Of a stretch of DNA of 63,443 bases, positions 57,137 to 63,443 are shown piece by piece. How positions within the stretch are numbered: position 1 is the first letter of the stretch; each line of letters starts with the position of its first letter. Source of the stretch: a virus (Duplodnaviria > Caudoviricetes); IMG/VR virus record IMGVR_UViG_3300005253_000516, positions 1-63,443 of that record. The stretch is one strand, 5' to 3'. Below the pieces are notes generated by a model. That model was not told the origin of the DNA. It saw nothing but the letters and a program-made list of their open reading frames with translations, and did no database searches. Made by a program: the position numbers and the translations under genes.

Positions 57137-58730
57137 ATGAAGGAGGGCCAATCGGTAGGGATTGGCGCTGTACTTTCAGGTGAGCGCAAGTGGACAGTGG
57201 CGCAGGGGGATTGCCGAGAGCTATTGCGCGCCATGCCTGCTGAGAGCTGCCACCTGGTTTGTACGTCGCCACCCTACTGGTGATCACTGAGGACTTCGTG
57301 ACTATTCCCTCCCTCCGCTCGTGTGGGGCGGCTCGGATTCGTGCGAGCATGAGTGGGGAGAGGAGCAGATAGCGCGCGAGGAGGCGGGCTGGCAACGATG
57401 GAAGCCGAATGATGGGCGCAAGCACAATACCGTTGCGATAAGAACGAACGCCGATAGCAAGCCGTCCCAGGGCGCCTTCTGCCGCTACTGCCACGCCTGG
57501 CGCGGCTCCCTGGGCCTTGAGCCGACGCCCGAGCTCTACATCGCACACATGGCCGAGGTGTTCCGCGAGGTCAAGCGGGTACTGAGGAGCGACGGCACGT
57601 GCTGGGTGAATATGGGGGATAGCTACGCGGGAAGTGGCCCTAGCGGGGCATCCTACCAAAGCAAGACGACAATCGCTCGCGCTGGCAAAAAGCAGGACGG
57701 GGCATTCAGAATCAGTAAGAGGCTTGGCGAGCGTGGCCTAACCTATGCCAACAAGAAGCCTATCGCGCCTCCCGGCCTCAAGCCCAAGGATCTCTGCGGG
57801 ATGCCCTGGCGCCTCGCGTTCGCGCTGCAGGCCGATGGGTGGTGGCTGCGCAGCGAGATCATCTGGCACAAGCCCAACCCCATGCCCGAGAGCGTCCGCG
57901 ACCGGCCGACCAAGGCACACGAGACGGTGTTCCTGCTGACGAAGGCGGCGAGATACTACTATGATGCGGACGCGGTGCGGGAGTCCTACAAACCAGAATC
58001 GGCAGAGCGCTATCGGTATGCCTTGCAAGACACATGCAATACCTATGGGCAGCATAAGCCAGGATTCAAGGCTCGCGAGAAAACGACCAAGACGCGGCCG
58101 CCCAACCCCGCCGGCCGCAACCGCCGCACCGTGTGGACGATTCCCACTGCCGCGTTCCCCGGCTCACACTTTGCGACATTTCCACCCGCCCTCATCGAGC
58201 CCATGATCCTCACGTCGCCGACCAAGTGCTGCGCGGTGTGTGGGGCGGGGTGGGAACGCGTCACAGAGAAGCGCGAAACTGACGAGAAGCATCGACTTGG
58301 GGCCGGTTGGGCCACGCATGATGGTGGTCACGGCAGCATACATCGGGAGGGACGCGAGCAAGAGGTGACATATCAGCCAGTGATTGCGACCACCACCCTC
58401 GGCTTTCGCCCCGCCTGCGACTGTCTCTTTCCCGCCTGGGTGCCGACGCCGCGTCAGGGCAAAGATGAGACCGACGCCGCCTATGCACTGAGAATCTTTC
58501 CTGTGCTAGTGGAGCAATGCCAACTCATGGCCATCTATGAGAGCGCCGAGCCAGAGGACACAGTGCCCGCGGTGGTTCTGGATCCCTTCGTCGGCTCGGG
58601 GACCACTATCATGGTTGCCCTGCGCCATGGCCGTAACGCGATCGGTTTGGAGCTGTCAGAAGAGTACGCCGAAATGGCGCGCCGGCGCATCGTGGCTGAC
58701 AGTCCGCTATTCAATCACACTGGAGGATGA
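57137..58730 (+). CDS. N6A/N4C DNA methyltransferase (beta class) interrupted by a 10-nt insertion
   Basis: QGDCRELL..TSPPYW [TGATCACTGA] GLRDY..IIWHKPNPMPESVRDRPT..HFATFP..VLDPFVGSGTT. Confidence 0.85.
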
Positions 58731-58731
58731 C

Positions 58732-59031
58732 ATGACCGACCATGATGAGTTGTCGAGCTACCCGTGTCCGCGGTGGTCGCCCTACCAACGGCATGGGTGC
58801 GAGCCTGGCCCGGCCTGCCGTGAGTATGAGGAACACTGCGACTATGAAAAAACCTACCGCGCCCACATCAAGCTGCGCGACGACATACGCACACTGCGCG
58901 CCGCCGTGTTGGGGGATATGACGCCAGCGGAGGCGGAAGCGATGTATCGCACTGCGTCTAAACGCGAGTCCGGATATGTGAACTCACAGGGTCGCTTCAA
59001 CGCCCTGGCCGACGTGGTGGTGGAGCTGTGA
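58732..59031 (+). CDS. Cys-rich hypothetical protein
   Basis: GGAGG RBS; YPC..C..C..C. Confidence 0.6.
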   Translation: MTDHDELSSYPCPRWSPYQRHGCEPGPACREYEEHCDYEKTYRAHIKLRDDIRTLRAAVLGDMTPAEAEAMYRTASKRESGYVNSQGRFNALADVVVEL

Positions 59032-59498
59032 TGGTTGACAGCGAGCAAACCAAAGAATTGCGGCATATCGCGAAACGTCTAAAGTCGCATGTCGAAGAAA
59101 TTGACACTTTCATCGACCGCGTCGAGGCAGAGAGGCCAAGGGGGCTGCTACCCACGCTGAACGACCAGACGATCTACTGCCTGAAAGACATGATCAACGA
59201 ACATCCGCTTCTCTACAACATAACTGGCTATGAGTGCGTGCAGCATGACCGTGATGGTTTCGGGCATATTTGCAAGTGGGAGACGTTTATCGAGCTTTTG
59301 GCGCACAGGCTTATAGTCGGGGTCGACATAGACGGGGCCGATTTCCGCACGGTTGTCTACACTATCAGCGACGAAGGCCGCAAGGTCGTGAGGGAATGGA
59401 GCAAGCTGTATTGCGCCAGGGCAGACAAGCGCATGGCCGAGTTGACAGAGAGGCGGCGACAAGAGCTGGCCGACGTGGTGGCGAAGCTAGATGCTTGA
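59028..59498 (+). CDS. Winged-helix-like protein
   Basis: ELLAHRLI..YTISDEGR. Confidence 0.55.
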   Translation: MMVDSEQTKELRHIAKRLKSHVEEIDTFIDRVEAERPRGLLPTLNDQTIYCLKDMINEHPLLYNITGYECVQHDRDGFGHICKWETFIELLAHRLIVGVDIDGADFRTVVYTISDEGRKVVREWSKLYCARADKRMAELTERRRQELADVVAKLDA

Positions 59499-59625
59499 CA
59501 TGCGCCGCGAAATCGCTTATGATGTGGGTGCGAGCACACACGGACACAATAGCACGGCATTCAGCCCGCCAAGGGACAAAGTCCGGTGTGCTCGCACATA
59601 CCGACGGTAGGACCCAAGGCGGGCT
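59495..59625 (+). promoter_or_regulatory. Promoter plus A-B-A'-B' leader
   Basis: TTGACA-17-TATGAT; GTGCGAGCACAC-A-CGGAC (59528-45) pairs with GTCCGGTGTGCTCGCAC (59581-97) inside AGCCCGCC/GGCGGGCT. Confidence 0.75.
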
Positions 59626-59893
59626 TTGCGTTGTGGAGGAAAGACGATGACCGATGACACCAAAGAGAGTATGGCCGACATCGACCTTGCCGACTACGCG
59701 CAGGGCCTTGTTGACGGGGATACGTCAGAAGCGGGACGGCCGACGGCTGACACAAACCGCGACCCCGCGCTGGCTAGCATGCTCCTATTCGGCGACATCT
59801 TCCAGGATCTGCCCAAGCTGACAAACGAGCACTTGCGCTTGCTCGGGATACAAATCATCGTGCTGCTCAAGACGCCGCTAGAGGAGAGGACAG

Positions 59894-60628
59894 ATGAAGC
59901 GTAGCAAGATTCCCTACTGCGATTACAGCAGCAGTGACCTAAATGTGGTGACGGGCTGCACATCTGTCTCGTCCGGTTGCAAGAACTGCTGGGCGCGGGC
60001 AATCTATGAGCGCTTCGGACGCGACTTCTCCACTGTGAAGACGCATCCCGACAAGCTACAGCGATTGCGGCGCAAACGATTTCCGATGGATGACAACAAG
60101 CGTGGCCCGCATAGCAAGCCGATCTGTTTCGTGTGCGATACGGGCGATTTGTTTCACGAGGATGTTCCAGAGAACTTTATCGTCCAGGCCATAGATGTAA
60201 TGGCGAACCGAACCGATGTGACTTGGCTGGTACTGACGAAACGAGCGGACTGGCTCTATGGCTTCACGGAAGCGCATGCGCTTTGGCTAGATGACATAGC
60301 ACATATCTGGTTTGGGGTTACTGGCGAGACGCAGCAACTATTATCGGATCGGTGGTCCTGGCTTGACAACGCATCGGTCGAGACGCGCTGGATCTCTGTC
60401 GAGCCCATGCTCGGACCTATCGACCTTGGCGACGCCAGGCCCGACTGGGTCGTATGCGGCGCCGAGAGCGGCCCGAACCGCCGGCCGTTTGACAAGGCGT
60501 GGGCCATCGATTTGAAAAGCCAGTGCGATGAGCGGGACATCCCGTACTTTTTCAAACAGTCGAGCGGTCTCTACCCAGGCACGGACCCGACACTCGACGG
60601 GCGTGAGTGGAAATCGTGGCCGCGGTGA
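59894..60628 (+). CDS. DUF5131 (phage Gp37/Gp68, radical-SAM-like) protein
   Basis: TGCT.VS.GCKNCWA..FV....DLFH..LTKR..SVEPMLG..WVV.GAESG..FFKQ. Confidence 0.88.
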   Translation: MKRSKIPYCDYSSSDLNVVTGCTSVSSGCKNCWARAIYERFGRDFSTVKTHPDKLQRLRRKRFPMDDNKRGPHSKPICFVCDTGDLFHEDVPENFIVQAIDVMANRTDVTWLVLTKRADWLYGFTEAHALWLDDIAHIWFGVTGETQQLLSDRWSWLDNASVETRWISVEPMLGPIDLGDARPDWVVCGAESGPNRRPFDKAWAIDLKSQCDERDIPYFFKQSSGLYPGTDPTLDGREWKSWPR

Positions 60629-60647
60629 CGAGAGAGAGGAGAGCGAC

Positions 60648-61001
60648 GTGAGCCTATGGCATACCATTCGCGGGCGAGAGACGATGGAACATTTCCCCTG
60701 CGTGCCAGAGGGTATTGATGTTGGCATGAATGCAATCAGCTACTTTTGCTCGTCAGAGGAAATGCCTGAGTGCAAAATCGCCGATCTCTGCCCCCTGCGC
60801 CCCATCTATGAGGAGTACGAGGCGATGCGGACAGTGGTGATAGCGGAGCTTGCCGGGGCGACGCCGCAAGGATTGGCGTCGAGGTATCGCACGTTTTCTA
60901 TGGCAACGCTCTTACCGAAATGGCAAAAGGGGCGCGCTATCAAACGCGCCGACGCCTGGGAGGGCTTGGCTGAGAAGCTGGAAGCGATCGAGGCAGAATA
61001 G
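60648..61001 (+). CDS. Cys-rich hypothetical protein
   Basis: AGAGGAG RBS; FPC..C..C..C. Confidence 0.55.
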   Translation: MSLWHTIRGRETMEHFPCVPEGIDVGMNAISYFCSSEEMPECKIADLCPLRPIYEEYEAMRTVVIAELAGATPQGLASRYRTFSMATLLPKWQKGRAIKRADAWEGLAEKLEAIEAE

Positions 61002-61015
61002 CAGAGGAGGGAACG

Positions 61016-61519
61016 ATGCGGAAATTGACGTACACGACCGAGTTCGGCGGTGGCTATGGCGAGGTGAGTATAAACTTGCTCGAAGAGGAATCCGAGAAGA
61101 TACTCGGAATCAAAATCGGCCTGATGGGTCCTTTCCATTTGCGCAACGACGACATCGACGAGTTGCACGACAAGATCCACGAGTGCATAGAGGCCCGCGA
61201 GACGTTCGCCAAGCTGGCGGCGCAAGGAATGGGCGGCTGGAATGACCAGCCCGACCCAGAGGCCGCCGAGACGGAGAGCATCTCAGATTCCGCGCTCGGT
61301 ATGCTACGCATGATGGGCAAGGGATCCCTGGTACATGACAACGTAGAGGGTGGAAGATGCCGCTACGCAGAAGCCGTCGCCACCTTGCCGGAGGAACACC
61401 TCGAGGAGCTCCGTAGCCACCGTTTGGTGGAAATAGTAGGGCACGATGAGCTCAACTCCCGTTGCACTTGGGGCATCAGTACCGAAGGCGCTGCCTATCT
61501 CGCAGAACAGGAGGGCTAA
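61016..61519 (+). CDS. Protein with a C-terminal winged-helix-like domain
   Basis: LEELRSHRLV..WGISTEGAAYL. Confidence 0.6.
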   Translation: MRKLTYTTEFGGGYGEVSINLLEEESEKILGIKIGLMGPFHLRNDDIDELHDKIHECIEARETFAKLAAQGMGGWNDQPDPEAAETESISDSALGMLRMMGKGSLVHDNVEGGRCRYAEAVATLPEEHLEELRSHRLVEIVGHDELNSRCTWGISTEGAAYLAEQEG

Positions 61520-61521
61520 CG

Positions 61522-62439
61522 ATGCGACGCGAACAAGACAGCAGGATCTATTTCGGACACGCTGAGGAGTGGAGCCTAGCGCGTGAGATGGTGCTGGCAC
61601 AGGAAACGCTAGGTGATGATGGCGTCGAGGACATCTTCAGTGAACAGTACTGCTTTGCCCTCAACGATGACCGCATGCTCATGGCGCCCGGTGAGCTTGC
61701 CGAGCTCCACGAGGCCATCCACGAGATGCTGCGCATGGCAGAGCAGCACCGGGACGCGCTGACGGATGGGGCAGAGCAACAGATACCCCAGCCAGCTCAC
61801 TGGGGTGACCCGTTTAAAGAAGGGCGTCTGTGCGGAGAGATGGCGACCAACATGGCGACGCCCTCAGCCGCCGCGTTGACGGATGGGGCGGGGGAGCCCG
61901 ACCCCGCGCCCGATGAGGCGGAGCTACGCGGGCTGGATCTTGCCATCTTGCGCGGCTTGGATGAGCAAGGCGAGGCCCTCCTGAGTATTGGCGACGATCC
62001 TGGCTTTGTGTGGGAATCCAACGACAACCGCGCGCCCTACACTCACCATACGCTGAACACCTTGGCTGAACGAGGTCTAGTGATGTTCTCCTCGACATTT
62101 CCAAGCAGCGCGCCAAATTACAAACAGCGCTACCGCATCACGTCAGCAGGCCGCGCCCGCCTCGACGCGCAAACGCCAGAGGCGGAGAGCGAGAAACCGC
62201 TTTCGGGTACTGCGCTAGACATATTGCGCGGGATGGCTGGCGGCCGCCGGCTCCTAGACGCCATCGGGAGCGCGTTTGTCACGTATGAGGCAAGCGGCAC
62301 ATCGTTCTCCCGCGAGCCATTTGTCGAATTGCGGAAGCGTGGCCTAGTCTGTGTAGCGCAGGATGCCGGAGACGGCTTCTGCTACTACGCCATCTCTGCC
62401 GAGGGCGAGGACTTTCTCGCAGATCAGGCGCCGTCGTGA
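61522..62439 (+). CDS. Protein with two winged-helix-like domains
   Basis: LAERGLV..YRITSAGR and LRKRGLV..YAISAEG. Confidence 0.65.
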   Translation: MRREQDSRIYFGHAEEWSLAREMVLAQETLGDDGVEDIFSEQYCFALNDDRMLMAPGELAELHEAIHEMLRMAEQHRDALTDGAEQQIPQPAHWGDPFKEGRLCGEMATNMATPSAAALTDGAGEPDPAPDEAELRGLDLAILRGLDEQGEALLSIGDDPGFVWESNDNRAPYTHHTLNTLAERGLVMFSSTFPSSAPNYKQRYRITSAGRARLDAQTPEAESEKPLSGTALDILRGMAGGRRLLDAIGSAFVTYEASGTSFSREPFVELRKRGLVCVAQDAGDGFCYYAISAEGEDFLADQAPS

Positions 62440-62786
62440 GCGGCGAGGCGAAGCGCAAACCGCCCACTCTCGACGCCTATCCCTGTCCCGTCGGCATCGG
62501 GCTCATGTGCAACGCCGAATGCAGGGACGCGATAGACAGGTGCGAGGCCACCATATGTCTCTGGCTGCCCATGTACCGGCAGGCCGTCGCGGATCACAAG
62601 TGCGCGCGGCTGTTGCGCACTTTCGAGGTCAATCTAGGCACCACTTTCGAGCGTTCGCTTGCCGATGTTATTTCGCGAATCTACCGCTATGGGTGGCCAG
62701 GTCTAAAGGAATGGCGGCGAACTCTCTGGCAGTTTACAAGGTTACGCCGCTACATTCGTGACGCCCTCCGCGAGGCGGGGCTGTGA
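62436..62786 (+). CDS. Cys-rich hypothetical protein
   Basis: YPC..C..C..C..C; GTGA overlaps. Confidence 0.55.
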   Translation: MSGEAKRKPPTLDAYPCPVGIGLMCNAECRDAIDRCEATICLWLPMYRQAVADHKCARLLRTFEVNLGTTFERSLADVISRIYRYGWPGLKEWRRTLWQFTRLRRYIRDALREAGL

Positions 62787-63232
62787 CGTCCCCCGACCCT
62801 CGCGCGCAACGGGCCTACAAGCTCTACATCGAGGAGAGCTTGTCGCTGCGGGCTGTGCGAGACATCGTGCGTGCCGATCGCAACAACGTACGCCGCTGGA
62901 TCGTCGAGCTTGGCGGTACGATTCGGTCTCACAGGTCTCGGGGCGTCAGCGCCACGCCTCGGGCAAAGACATTCCCGAATCCAGTCTGTAGCATCGGGCA
63001 CTATGAACGGCAAAACCCTGCTGCGCTGGGCGGTGGCTGGTATTGCGCCAGGCATTGCGACCCCGACCTCCCGCCATGCAAGGAAGAGGCGACAGCGGAG
63101 AACTTGGCGGCATTCGAGAGACTTGGTAAAGCGCGCGAGGCTGACCACGAGCTCATCGCAGAGCGCAAGGCGAAGAAGCTGTCGGGGCGCGCGCTGTGGC
63201 AAGGGGCGCGGGTGAGGGGTAAGTGGAGATGA
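62783..63232 (+). CDS. HTH DNA-binding protein
   Basis: LYIEESLSLRAVRDIV..VRRWI..G..IR. Confidence 0.65.
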   Translation: MTSPDPRAQRAYKLYIEESLSLRAVRDIVRADRNNVRRWIVELGGTIRSHRSRGVSATPRAKTFPNPVCSIGHYERQNPAALGGGWYCARHCDPDLPPCKEEATAENLAAFERLGKAREADHELIAERKAKKLSGRALWQGARVRGKWR

Positions 63233-63243
63233 GGGGAAAGCCC

Positions 63244-63272
63244 TTGACATTCGCGCCGCCGTGGTGTATGAT
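63244..63272 (+). promoter_or_regulatory. Sigma70 promoter
   Basis: TTGACA-17-TATGAT. Confidence 0.8.
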
Positions 63273-63332
63273 GGTATTGGTTATCAATCGGCTGCCGTTC
63301 GACTGATTCAAGTTTACCAGGAAGGAGGGAAG

Positions 63333-63422
63333 ATGAAGCGAATCGTTCTGTTGTCGTTCGGACTCGCGTTGTGGCTAGGCCCGCTTGCAGTCAGCGTCGC
63401 GGCTGGGCTCAAGTGGCGGTAG
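63333..63422 (+). CDS. 29-aa hydrophobic peptide MKRIVLLSFGLALWLGPLAVSVAAGLKWR
   Basis: AAGGAGG RBS; first ORF after the promoter at 63244. Confidence 0.55.
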   Translation: MKRIVLLSFGLALWLGPLAVSVAAGLKWR

Positions 63423-63443
63423 AGATCGGATAGTAGACAAGCC
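63350..63443. repeat. Terminal direct repeat, right copy
   Basis: Matches 1-94 with one mismatch. Confidence 0.95.

Overview
The window is an essentially complete, circularly closed ~63.35 kb tailed (siphovirus-like) phage genome: positions 1-94 recur at 63350-63443 with one mismatch. The host is probably Chloroflexota, inferred from an LPLVLR-type C-terminal motif on a secreted papain-like protease. Recognisable modules are replication (initiator with internal repeats, DnaB, RusA, SSB-like protein), packaging (TerS, TerL, portal), head (minor head protein, protease/scaffold, Mu gpT-like capsid, several beta-helix and LamG proteins) and tail (tube-like protein with Asp-box repeats, chaperone, tape measure, tail tip), plus holin-like genes, five HNH endonucleases and many small early genes. 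I see no integrase, CI-like repressor or canonical endolysin. The most unusual signals are at the RNA and translation level. (1) Five clear and one partial 5' leaders share an A-B-A'-B' pairing topology without sharing sequence. (2) A gene in the head-tail block has an in-frame UGA at codon 3 followed by a SECIS-like hairpin. (3) A DNA methyltransferase is split by exactly 10 nt right after SPPYW, a translational-bypass candidate. (4) A tRNA has an 8-nt anticodon loop. (5) There is a type II hammerhead ribozyme. (6) A ~520 nt structured intergenic region contains a mini tRNA-like domain. All product calls come from motif recognition by eye; no searches were run.
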